From: Tubiluchus corallicola
Lineage: Eukaryota > Animalia > Priapulida
Reading direction: 5' to 3'
NCBI GenBank assembly: GCA_030141605.1
Contig: JAQGDQ010000304.1
Span: 218,616 to 282,615 of the forward strand
DNA: 64,000 nt
In this document: one piece after another, positions 1 through 11,774 of the stretch
How positions within the stretch are numbered: the first letter of the stretch is position 1
How the letters are laid out: each line of letters begins with the position of its first letter
Made by a program: the position numbers and the translations under genes
Notes under the pieces: model-generated
The model's database searches: none
What the model saw: only the letters and a program-made list of their open reading frames with translations
Told to the model about the DNA's origin: nothing

Positions 1-2
1 GG

Positions 3-677
3 CTCATAATTGCTGTTAACGGCCCTAATGATCAGGATGCTGTCATTGCCATTGAAACCATATTATACTATGCTGTTGACCTCTTACTGGGAGAAGCTCC
101 TTGGTTGAACCTAACGACAGCGTGTTCTTTTCCTCATCCTTGGATCGACAATGGACATGTTTCTGGTCACGATGATGGCATGACCATACAAAAACATGAA
201 GCCCCACTTTCTGATGCAGAAGAAACCAATGAACATTCTTTATCAGACTACGTTGGAACTTATGGGCATTATGCATTGGGCTACCTGCACATTACAATGA
301 TCAGTGATCTGTCAAAGAACAAGTCAAAATTACATTTGAAACATGGTGCACATGGTACTGCTTATCTTGCACGCGAAGGCAAAACAAACGTCTTTAAAGC
401 TACATTTTATGGTTCTTTGTGGTTTATTAGCAACAGCTCCCAAGCTCAGGACACGTATGTACAGTTTAATTTTAAAAGTGGAGATGAGCCCGTGACAGAG
501 CTTAAGGTTCCATGGATGTCTCCTGGTGTCAGTCCAATACCAACTTTTGTAAAAAATCTAAATATTGACAATCTACCAGACAATGCAGATCATTGTCAAT
601 TACACACCCACTCACAAATACTGATAGTATTCTTAATAATCTGTTATATCTCAATTTATGATTCCCAATTGTTTTAG
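3..677 (+). CDS. 3' end of a beta-lactamase-related/serine hydrolase-like protein (invertebrate type) with a hydrophobic C-terminal tail; 5'-truncated by the window edge
   Basis: Frame is open from position 3 to TAG at 677: LIIAVNGPNDQDAVIAIETILYYAVDLLLGEAPWLNLTTACSFPHPW...YVGTYGHYALGYLHI...ILIVFLIICYISIYDSQLF*. DLLLGExPWLNxTTACxFPxPW and YxGTYGH are motifs I recognise from the C-terminal half of invertebrate beta-lactamase-domain proteins. The catalytic SxxK motif is not within the window. Confidence 0.65.
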   Translation, partial: LIIAVNGPNDQDAVIAIETILYYAVDLLLGEAPWLNLTTACSFPHPWIDNGHVSGHDDGMTIQKHEAPLSDAEETNEHSLSDYVGTYGHYALGYLHITMISDLSKNKSKLHLKHGAHGTAYLAREGKTNVFKATFYGSLWFISNSSQAQDTYVQFNFKSGDEPVTELKVPWMSPGVSPIPTFVKNLNIDNLPDNADHCQLHTHSQILIVFLIICYISIYDSQLF

Positions 678-1310
678 CTTGCACTTGAATGAAGGTCTGT
701 ACATTACATTTATAATAATGACCAATTAATACGATAAGTTTATACTCGTACATGTAGTGTGTCCTTCCATGGAACGTAACGCAAAAAATCCCCTGATCTG
801 TACTTGGTCTTGTACATGAATCACTTTTCTTTGACATGCATGACAGAGTTCACTGTGTGCAGTCAGAACAGAATAGGTATACCGTTAAACTTAGATAGTA
901 CATAAAGTGTTATTTTAAAATTGCTTTCACAAATTGTCTCTACTGAAAAACCACTACATTACCAAGCACCGAATTATGATAAAATGAAAAATTAACTTGA
1001 TGTCCGATTATGTCGGACTTCAGAATATATTGTGACAGGAACTGCGGTAGATGCAAATTCCTGAGTGGGGCTTTTTAACAGCGCACGGTCTGTTTTTATT
1101 GACTTTTCAGAAAATCTCTAAACAATGAGTTACGACTGCTTGCCACATTCCGAACCTGTCTTCGTCAGGCATTTTGCGTGGACGCGTATATAGAAGACTA
1201 GAGGCACGGCATGAAAATGTATTAGTGATACTACAGTTTCAGTGCGTGTTAAATGAAGCGTTTCCTAGTTTAATCTTAGCTTCTCAGCAGTTGACCTCTA
1301 ACAACTTGTT

Positions 1311-2373
1311 AATCATTTTCGTTGACTGCGCAATCAGCGTGCTAGTTATTTCACACACCCCTGCAGCAGGTACGTTCGGGACAATTAGCTACAGCTGCGT
1401 CTAACCCTGTTGTGGAAAATGCTCAACTTTTCGTTAGTTAGCAGGAGAAATATTGGCTTGGTTCTAGATTTTGTTATTGTCAATTGAAATTGCAAGTGAA
1501 TCGTTTATAGAAAGAAATGCACATTGCTTACATCTGATTGAACCATGATTACGTCTATGAGTTGTCTATTAAACCATTTGGAATCAAGAAAATACGCAGT
1601 TTAGTTTAGTTTAGTTTATGGCTTTATCAAGTTAGATAAAAACAACTATTTGATTAACTTTAAATAAGGACAAAAGAAAATGTTTTCTTTTCTGACCAGT
1701 TTTTATAATCCTCATCTTCACAATCAAGATTAATTCAAATATGGTCAAAAGTTATATTATACATCAATGAACTATTAGATACTTCTACTCTATTATTCTG
1801 ACTATAGTCATGGTTAAAAGATGCCATTGGGACTTATGTGACTCGAGCATTCAATATAAGGGTCGTCTGTGGAATGGAGCAGTCATATTTATTCCATTTC
1901 CGTAGCCTGACAAACGGAAAAAACAAAAACTGAATAAATTTTGCAAACGAGCACATGATCAGTTGATATAAAAAATACATTGCAGGCTTGATGTTCGTAT
2001 GTTTAAAGGCAAGTGAGACTTAATATTTTTGTTGCTAATTTATTGTAAAGCAAAGCTGACTGGCCTAGTTTCTTTATTATACTTATGTCTTTGTATTTTC
2101 TAGTGCTTTGAAACTTCATCTCTACATTCTGTTTAAATTGACAAGTCATTTTTTGGCTACTTAAAGTGTTAATTTCGTGTAAAAATAGCTGCTACTCTGT
2201 AAATGTGTGTCTATGAAAAAGAGCAATCAGCTTGTCTGCTGATTAGACATTAGTTGTGACTGTCACGTCGTTTAGTTCAGTTTAGTTTTGCTTAGACAGT
2301 TGTTGTCCTGCGTGAGGTGTTGTCCCGAATGTTGCTGAGCGTGGTTACGTTACAGAAAGGGCGAGAGACCAAT
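1311..2373 (+). mobile_element. Decayed THAP-domain DNA transposon derivative, copy A
   Basis: Collinear similarity to 7670-8709; both end in AGACCAAT. 1810-2008 translates as [32 protein letters not shown]...FCKRAHDQL...MFVCLK with stops/frameshifts, a THAP-like C-x4-C...FP...C pattern. Confidence 0.7.
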
Positions 2374-5299
2374 ACGTTTGACGTCAACTTACTGAATGTG
2401 TCAGATAGGCAGTGAACAAAAAGCGCTCTTAATTACAACAGCACTAACTAAGCAGTTCAGCACTACTTTGTTTGTAAAAACTTTGCTTGTAAGAAAGAAC
2501 CATTTTTAATAAAATCACTTAAAAAACAGAACTGTCTTCTGATTTTGAGCTTGTGAATTTTTTTCAAAACTATCAATTAAATTTTGAGACGGCATGAGAA
2601 AAGACAGCAATTGTTATTTAATTTTCTTTTTTTGCTATAGGTGCATGAACTTTGATGACCGTAATCATTTATTGTATATGTAGTAAAAATTTTTGTTGTC
2701 AAATGTTCGTATTAATTTCAGAAGGAATACAAAGAAGATTGCAATTACTAATCAAGAAATACGTTACGTTGAAGCCTCTATACGCGTTATTACCCAGACT
2801 TGCCGCGTGAGACACACATCCAATATGTTCACTTATCCATTTCATTTAATAATTCCAGGGTTTGCTTGTAGGGATTATTTGGACTTTGTGAGTTTATGGC
2901 GTGCAGTCAGCTAGTTAAGACTGATGACATAATTACATCAAAACGGGTTTCTCAAATATACTCGAGGTTCTGGCGTAGAACGAGCAGCTTAATGTTGCGC
3001 AAAAGTACACACAAACTGTACGATTGCAGACTTTCAGTTAATTGATTTTTTTACTTTATAAGTATGCAGGGCCTTTTAGCATAATGATTCAGTTCAGTGC
3101 CTAGACTTTTTGTATCAACGTGAGCAGTGAAAGACTGCTACTCGGCTGAACAAGAAAAAAATAAATTTAAACCAAGCTCACAATTCCAATCTCACGGCGT
3201 CTTTTCATTACGTCGTTAAGAAACTTTTTACCACGATGACTATTTTGAAACAATAATCATCTTATACGCTCCTCATCTGAAACACCCTTCCAAACAACCT
3301 TTCCTCTTTCATTTTCATAAAAAGTGCAACGTAACAAAATATGTTCCAAAGTTTCTAGCTCTAATTTCTAGTTTTAATTTCTAGCTCTAATCCACAAATT
3401 CTGTCTTGTTTATCCTGCTTCCATCTAAACAGTGGATTATGATTTATTTCCAAAGATCCAATTCTTGCCTTTATCAGCAATTCGGTACCGTACATATCAT
3501 TCATCCAATTTTCAATGAAGGGTCTTGCTGGGGGCTTATTAGCTATGTATCTCGCAGCCGTAGTACAGCTTTCAAGTTTCTTTCTTCACAGTTATAAAGT
3601 TTTTTCTCTCACATTACATTCAATTAAATCATTCTAGCCCTTTTCATTGAGATTTACATCCGTGATTTTCTTTAAACTATTACAAGTAGAAAATCACAGG
3701 TAGAAAATCACCATCACGGGTAGCATAATCCGAAAGTGCCACCTTGTGTCACAATTAATGGTTCATGTGTGTACGTCTTGATTTTTTGGTGTAGTTATTG
3801 CGTGACTATCATGTTTAGGCTGTCATTGCAGTTCAAAATAACCTGATCAGGCTAGTAATTAGATTTTGTAATCTGTGTATCAAAACACGCCAGCATCCCC
3901 AATGTGGCATATCTTTAGATCAATATTAAACCACATTTTGTGCGTGATTTTCAATCAATTTGTAGCTATTCGCATTTTTGCTGCACGGCATGAGGGAACA
4001 TTGTTGTACAAGTTAACTCTATCAGACAAATACTATTGGACATGATATTTTATATTACGTTCTCTAAAATGTAATATCGCGATGTAATAGCTGATGTGAT
4101 AATAGCTGAGTGGTCACGATTTGGCGCTTAGCAATGGAAGTTAAGCAACGCCGAGTCTAATCAGTGGACGGTTTCAAGAAAGCAGAAAAGTGATGCAATA
4201 AAATTGTAAACAAATGTCCGAATTTTGGATTTGCTAAACTTGAATAAATTTGAATTACTAATGAGCATTGACTACACAAAGATCGTAAATATCTACATAG
4301 TATCAATATCTATCTATCTACTGTAGTAGGGCCTATGTAATTTTGTAGATTAGATATATACATGTGTGTTTTAAGAAAACTTATCGCGAGAGCGGCCAGG
4401 TTTCATATAATATCATTCCTCGACAGAATTTACATCTACTACTTGCATAAATGTTGTATCAGCTTACGAAACAAATAAAATAAAAATTAAATTAAATTTG
4501 ACTGCACTGTTGTATTTATATACCTGTAGCTAAAAGGGTAAAATATATGGACTGTGCTTTTATTAATATTGTTTTATCGTTGTTAAGAAACCTCGTGTTT
4601 ATTATTTATGTCACCTATACGTCGTTTCACATAGATCTAAAAAGCACCTTATAAAAATTTTTTATCTTTATTTAACTGCAACTTATGGATTTTGACTTTC
4701 TGATTATGTACTTTAGTATTTTGTGAAAATGTGTTGTAGTTTTACTGTAAATAATGTTCTTGTTACCCAACAAATATATAAATATAAGGTATCAATTGTT
4801 TCGCAATGCTATGAAATATTATACTTATTTAATTGTTTACGTTTACTAAAATTGCTGCACTCTGATAAAGTGCGTGTGGTGTTGAGAAAATAAGCTCATA
4901 ATACAACTTGTGAGCTATATAATTTAGAAAAAATTTAGCTGCATGACTACTTGACATACAAGCTGCTTTTAAAACTGCGTAAGTAATCATATGTGCACAA
5001 TATCAACTCGCGCATAGTTATATACCACTAATAAAAATATAATAATTATTATAATGGTCAACTGATTAGTCATGGCGTATATGGTTCACGCGACCGGCTG
5101 CAAGAGTCCAGGAAAACAGGTTTGTAACTTTACAAACGACAGCATTTTGGTCAGTCTGTGCACGGCCTACACGCAAGTGACTGCTCAACTCGAGGATGAC
5201 CACCACCATTTGACCGCATGTTTGTCCTCAGGAGCTGAAACTGGTCTTGTTGATGTTGGGCTACCATGGTTGAGGGGTCATTAACTCTTTCATCATTTA

Positions 5300-5582
5300 G
5301 CACGTGGTGTTACGTCATGGGTGTTGTGCAGTACTCGGTAATGAGAACTGGATAAAAATAGCCCCTGCTCACAATGGCCCTATTGGCTACTGGTCACAAC
5401 TGGCTATAAGCCACGGCCACTCTTAAGTCTAAACAGTCAGAAAGTGACGTTTGCTTTTGAAAATACGCCTGCAATGCCAAAACTCCGAACGCACTCAGTA
5501 AATCGTAATATTACCATTTTCAAGTGTTTCAGGACCTTCTATTGTTTGAAAGCAAGATATTAAAAGGATTTTACTTTACTGC
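5300..5582 (+). promoter_or_regulatory. Putative TR promoter and non-coding first exon
   Basis: CRE-like TTACGTCA (~5310), ATTGG (~5382) and TATA-like CTATAAG (~5404). Donor GC|GTAAGT at 5583 can pair with acceptor TTCTAG| at 5916, 4 nt before the ATG at 5921. No transcript evidence. Confidence 0.4.
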
Positions 5583-5920
5583 GTAAGTAGATTCATAATG
5601 ATAATAATTATTCTTATTAAATCTAAATATACAGAATAAAGAAAGAAGTTTAGTGTTTCAATAGACATAGGCCAGCCAAACATAGTTTTATATAAATAGT
5701 TTAATACGTTGACGCAATAGTCAGTTTATTTTTTTCGTGTTGCATCATAATCATTAGTTGAGCATTCATTAAACTGGGATATATTGATCAAGATTTCTGT
5801 CAAATTTGTGTGCGTTTTGTTCTAGCCCCGTATGTCTTTATACTAGCACAGTTTGCGCTTTATGCTACTCAGAAAGGCTACAAGTTGTCTGAATTTTTTT
5901 CAAAAAATAATTCTAGATTA

Positions 5921-8900
5921 ATGTGCGAATCATCGTCATCTCCGGATCCGTTGGAAAGATTTCAACCGCGTCCCCACTCAAATGGAAGTAGCGACGGAAG
6001 CGGTTTTTCTCCAGGATCAGCCGGTGGCCAGACTGGCAACATCGATAGTCCTAAAAAAAGAAAAGGTATTTTTTGCACATAATAATACCGAGTATCACTG
6101 TAATTTTGGGGTTTTGAAAGCGTTTGAAGCCTATATTGTACAGATTGGTTTTTGTTGCAGCTGGCACTCAGTACATTCCCAGTTACTTAAAGACAAGCGA
6201 ATCGCCTGAAATGTGCGCCGTTTGCGGGGATGCTGCTACTGGATTACATTATCGCTGCATGACGTGTGAAGGATGTAAGGTAAGACCGCGTGAACAAGTG
6301 TTCTTATTTTAGCCAGTTGGTTATTTTAGGTTGTTACATTACCTGCCAGATCAGCCAAAATCGTGTTGGTCGCTTTGGATCAGGTAACAATTCGGTGCTT
6401 GGTTATAATTATAATTTTACTTTGGAATTTCGTTTGCCTGAAATTCTCTGTTTTAACGAGAAAAATAAACAAATAATTCGTACTTACATAGCAGTAGTAC
6501 TCATTTTCGATTAACTTAATAGCCAATCTATTATTGTTCTGATTGTAGGGATTTTTTCGACGGACGGTTCAGAAGAAATTGAAATATCAATGCAAGAATT
6601 CACAGAACTGCACAATCTATAAGAAAACGAGAAACCAATGTCAGCAATGTAGATACAACAAATGCTTGGAAGTGGGAATGGCAATAGACTGTATGTATGA
6701 ATAAAATATAAATCTAAAATATCATGTTTCCATTTCAAGAACAAAAACGTTTTTTATTAATAGTAACGGTCGTTCTAAACCGCCCACCGGTGCGTGAGTT
6801 GATAACAAGGACAATGTGTGTGACGTACGCGCGAGGGTGCTAGGCGCGATTGTGAGGAGTGGGTAGGTGACTAGACACCTTTGTTGTGTTGACGCCATTC
6901 CGCGTAGGTGGCCAATAGTAGAACGCTACCATTCTGTAGGGAAAGCTAACTACATGACATACATGTAGATTAATAACCTGTAATAACAATATATGCTGAA
7001 AGCACGATAATCATTTGCTTTATTGCGTAAATGAAATGCATGGGTCCTCTTTATCCCTCATTATTTTTTGCAAATCGATAGACTTTTTACTGATCTTAAC
7101 CCATTAGCCAATCTTTTTACTAGACCACCTCAAGTCAGGCTTTTTAAATCTAACATAGAAACCTTCTACCAAAATAATAAGTTGGTAAGCAAGATTTATT
7201 CTAGCTCAAGTTCTTGAACTCTAGGGAAAATATCGTATTAAAAAATGAAAGATCGTGATGTGTTAAGGAACCAAAGGTCAGTGGGTAAAAAGGTTGGTTG
7301 GCAACTGAATTTAGGACTTGAAAAAACTGATTTTTGGCCACTACCTTACAAATTATATAATTTACTTATAGTTATAACTGTTATAAATCTTAGTGGTGTT
7401 GAATGAGCAGCAAAGAAAAGAAAAGAGGTTATTAATTCAAGCAAATCGACAGCGAAGACGAGAAGAGAAACAGAATAAGAATGGGAGTGACGAGGAGGGC
7501 ACTACAGAGGAAGAGAGAGCTTTCATCAGACAAGTGGCTGATGCATACATGAAAGCCTTCGGAAACAAGGTAATTAGGATAAATTGTCAGTCTTATTCAA
7601 ATTCTCAGTTTACATATGTTACTTGGATTCGGTATTGACATTGGCACATTTGTCGTCTAACATAATGTCAATCATTTTCGTTGACTGCCCAATCAGCGTG
7701 CAAGTTATTTCACACACCCCTGCAGTCGGTACGTTCAGGATATATAGCTACAGCTCCGATTAACACTGTTATGAAAAATGCTGAACTTTGTTATTGTCAA
7801 TTGAAATTGCAAGTGAATTGGTGGAAATACATAGTCTAGTTTCGTTTATAGGAAGAAATGCACATTGCTTACGTCTATGAGTTGCTGATTAAACCATTTT
7901 GCAATCAAGAAAATGCGCAGTTTAGTTTAGTTTATGGCTTTGCAAGTTTAGATAAAAACAAGTATTTGATTAACTTTAGATATAAGGACAAAACAAAATG
8001 TTTTCTTTTCTGGCCAATTTTTATAAACCTCAATGAGATCTTCACAATCAAAATTAATTCAAATGTGGTCAAAACCTATATTTTGCATCAATGTAATAGT
8101 AGTTAATTTCACGCTATTTTTCTGGTTATAATCATGGTAAAAGCTACCATTGGGACTTATGTAACTCGGGCATTCAATATAAGGGTCGTCTATGGAAAGG
8201 AACAATTAAATTTATTCCATTTCCGTAGCCTAACAATCGGAAAAATACATAAACTTAATAAATCTTGCAGACGAGCACATGATCAATTAATATACAAAAA
8301 TACATCGCAGGCTTGATGTTCGTATGTTTAAAGGCAAGAGAGATATTTTTGTTGCTCATTTATTGTAAAGCAAGGCTAACTGGCTTAGTTTCTTTATTAC
8401 ATTTATGTCTCTGTGTTTTGTAGTGCTTTGACATTTCGTCCCTACATTCCGTTTAAATTGAAGTCATTTTTTTGCTACTTGAAGCGTTCATTTCTTGATA
8501 AAATAGCTGCTGCCCTGAAAATTTGTGTTTATGAGAAAGAGCAATCAGTTTATCTGCTGATTAGACGTTAGTTGTGACTGTCATGTTGTTTAGCATAGTT
8601 TAGTTTAGCTTTGACAGTTGTCCTGCGCGAGCTGTTGTCCCGAATGCTGCCGAGCGTGCTTACAGCGGCGTATTACAGTGTTGCAGCGGGGGTGGAGCGA
8701 TAGACCAATTAATTCGAGAATAAGAATAACACTATGAATTAATAGTTTTAAACATTGAATTTTAGGATGTCAACACCTTTTTCATGAACGACGTTGGACA
8801 AAGAAGTGAAAACGCAACTCGTCTTTTTACAGAAGTCATCTCACAAAATATCGAGAAAACCGTCAAGTTTTCAAGAGGAATCCCAGGATTTGAAGATGTA

Positions 8901-10204
8901 TGTAAAGTGTTAAACCAGGCTATCAATCAAGAAATAGTTAATATCAGTTATCATTCTTTTGTCATGACAAATCAACAATTTGGAATTTTAAGTATTTAAG
9001 AAATTTCCTCCTACCAAAGGACAGAAAAATGTTCTATTATTTATTAACGTAACTTTAGTAGTTTTTCAGCACACTGTGATACTGCTTGACTTTTCAAATT
9101 TTTGCCTTGAATTAGCTTTTGCAACAATATTTTGTACAGTTGGATGTGCAGGACAGAATTTTGTTGATAAGGAAAGGTGTAATGGAACTGATGTGTCTCA
9201 GGCTTGGACTCGACCACGAATTACTCATGCTAAGGAGCAGATATGGAGTAAGAAATTTTATTTCACAAAACAGAAAAACAGCTCCAAGTTTTAAAGTGGC
9301 TAGAATATTTGTTTGTTAATTCTCTTTCATATCTGTTTATCTGTTGATTGCACTTGTTTTTTTGCCAATATATGATGTGAGCTTTTTTTACTTTTTTAGT
9401 TGCTTCTAATCAGAATTTGATATTTCTCTGCCATTATAATATTTTAGCGACTCGTACAATTTCTTACAGACGTTTTTCAATGTGAAAGCTACATAAAGCT
9501 ATATATCGTAATTACAAAATGTAATTTAAAATTAAAATTAAATATCTGGTATTAAGTGATAAGAAATAAAAAAGGACGTTATACAATTTAGGTATGCCAG
9601 GAATTAGATGAAGTCAGTCACAAATTCGAGCAAGCAGCGATGAAATCAGCAGTCAATCTGGCTTCTAACATTGCCAAACTAGAAATGAACTCTGAAGAAC
9701 TGGGTCTTTTCAGTGCGCTGCTTCTATGTCATCATGGTAAGCTTCAGTGTTTGTGAGTGTATCTATGAAGCAGTTACAGCACACCAGTAGCATACTGGCA
9801 ATTAGTGGTATATTGGCAGATTTTTGTGTTTGTTTATTATAATTATGGAAACCACCAGAATTGAGAAACAAAAATACGTATATTGCGTGTGACGTTTGGT
9901 GACAGTCCTTACACGTAGAATGATGTTGTTTTTTGTCTTTCTAGATCAGCCCGAGTTGAAACATCCACAAGCAGTCGAAGTATTGCAAGATAAAGTGTTG
10001 AGCTCGTTTCAACATTATTTATGTGATATCTATCCCAAACAACCAGTAAAGTGGGGTAAGGTACTAGTGAAGATGACAACGTTAAGAACCATCACTTCTC
10101 AACTAGCTGAAGTCATGAACATGAAACCATTTGATATCGACGAAGACGACCTACGAGGACGAATTTTCCTGGAGATATTTGGCAGTCCACAGTCAGGACA
10201 GTAA
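5921..10204 (+). CDS. THR: Thyroid hormone receptor-like nuclear receptor (NR1A), 408 aa, divergent LBD
   Basis: Exons 5921-6065, 6161-6279, 6549-6690, 7394-7569, 8766-8897, 9140-9247, 9592-9736, 9945-10204; all GT-AG, phases consistent, 1227 nt. TR hallmarks: YIPSYL; [31 protein letters not shown]; [21 protein letters not shown]; T/A-box [25 protein letters not shown]; AF-2 IFLEIF. Confidence 0.9.
7670..8709 (+). mobile_element. Decayed THAP-domain DNA transposon derivative, copy B, filling most of TR coding intron 4
   Basis: Direct repeat of 1311-2373 with indels. THAP remnant at 8134-8333 ([27 protein letters not shown]...CRRAHDQL...MFVCLK) carries the same in-frame TAG as copy A. Confidence 0.7.
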
Positions 10205-10584
10205 CACGTTTAGTTCATCTTGTTTAACCCATTTCATTTATTTATAATGTCATCAGTGTTGTGTTTATAACTCAAATTTGCTTAAAATAATCTTCTTTCA
10301 AAGTCTGGATTACCAAAGTTATCATTTTTAATTCATTTTTTGTGATAAACGATGTACAGAAACTGACAGTTAGTTTGCATTTATAAGACAGGGATACAGA
10401 GCAAGTGATTAGCAGGGACATTACAGTTAATGTTACACACAAAATATTGTCATAATAATGTCATTACTTAATTTGACCAAGTCGAGTCAAGTCAAGCCCT
10501 GTATTTGCCTATCAGAATATTATTAGACGCAGCAATGAAAATATTTTTAGATACATGTAGTATTGCTTTAAATGTGGTGAAAGT

Positions 10585-10640
10585 AATAAACACAGAAAAT
10601 GTATATAAGAAACACAACTTTCTATACAGGTAAATTTATT
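10585..10640. terminator. Facing candidate polyadenylation signals of TR (+) and RAR (-)
   Basis: AATAAA on + at 10585-10590 and AATAAA on - at 10640-10635, between the two stop codons. Other hexamers exist nearby, so usage is unproven. Confidence 0.35.
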
Positions 10641-11774
10641 ACCATGACAGTTTAGTCAAAATCAGCATCTATAATACAAATGTGGTTTTATGAAGAAGAA
10701 ATAATTGATGTAGTAAAAATGGAAAAGTACTTTACCAAACTAATAATATCAGAAACTGAGGCTGTGTAGTAACCTGATTTTCCTTAAAATTATATTAATT
10801 TTTTGCACGATTCTCAAATTGAAATTACAAACTCTATTACATTCACTTTTATAAAAATATTCTTTGATGACTACATTTTTACAAAATTTATATTTCATTC
10901 CTCTCTCCTCACCAGTTCACACGTCAAAATGCGGCCAGAGCAGGATAAACTTGAAAATGGACACAGGATGCAAAATTGCATGGTAAAAAGAAAAGTAAAT
11001 TTTTGCTTCAAATTCTACCCATGCTCAATATAGAAAATAAATGAAACTATCTTTACTTACATCCATCCATTTTACTCTGTTTTGTCAATATTAGAGTAAT
11101 AGAGACTAGTCAACTAGGTAAGGTGAAACTGTACAAGGTACCTCAACAGAGAAATTGCAATCATATGATAATTATAACACAGACAATACTAAGTTTACAA
11201 ACAAATACTTAACAAGCATATCTAAGGTAATTATATAATGCTAGGATAAAACATCTCAGATTTTATATCTACACAGATTTCAAAAAGTTGTAATCATGGA
11301 CATAATTGATAAATCATCCTATCACAAAAATAGTTGAACTTGAATTCTTCGGTCTATTTCACTAATTAGTATTCTAACTGGTAGTGAATTTCCTAATTCT
11401 GAAAAGCATGCAATTAAAATCAGTGCAAAGCACAAATAAAACTTGAAAGTTTATTAAAAGTGCAGCCGTTGCACGAATGACAGACTTGTTTTTCAATAGA
11501 ATTTTCATTAAATAACTCAGTAATAGGTAAATATAACAACAATGGGCCTGTTTTTACAAGCCTCAAATAAACTAAAAATCTCACTGCCTGTAAGATTCAT
11601 CAACGTTTGCAACAAAACAGCATAACATGAACTAGGTGTGCCTAATGATGCACCTAATTAATCAAAAGGCGTAACAATTGCCATGGCAGGCAGTGATTCT
11701 TAATAATGTTATTTATACAATTTTGGCGACATTGTAAAACTTGAAAGGCATAATTCAATTATCAATACAAGTTC

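Noticed and set aside
6280-7393. Apparent absence of the second zinc finger of TR in the ORF track
   Set aside because: The exon is present at 6549-6690 ([15 protein letters not shown]...GMAID); it is simply not listed in the track.
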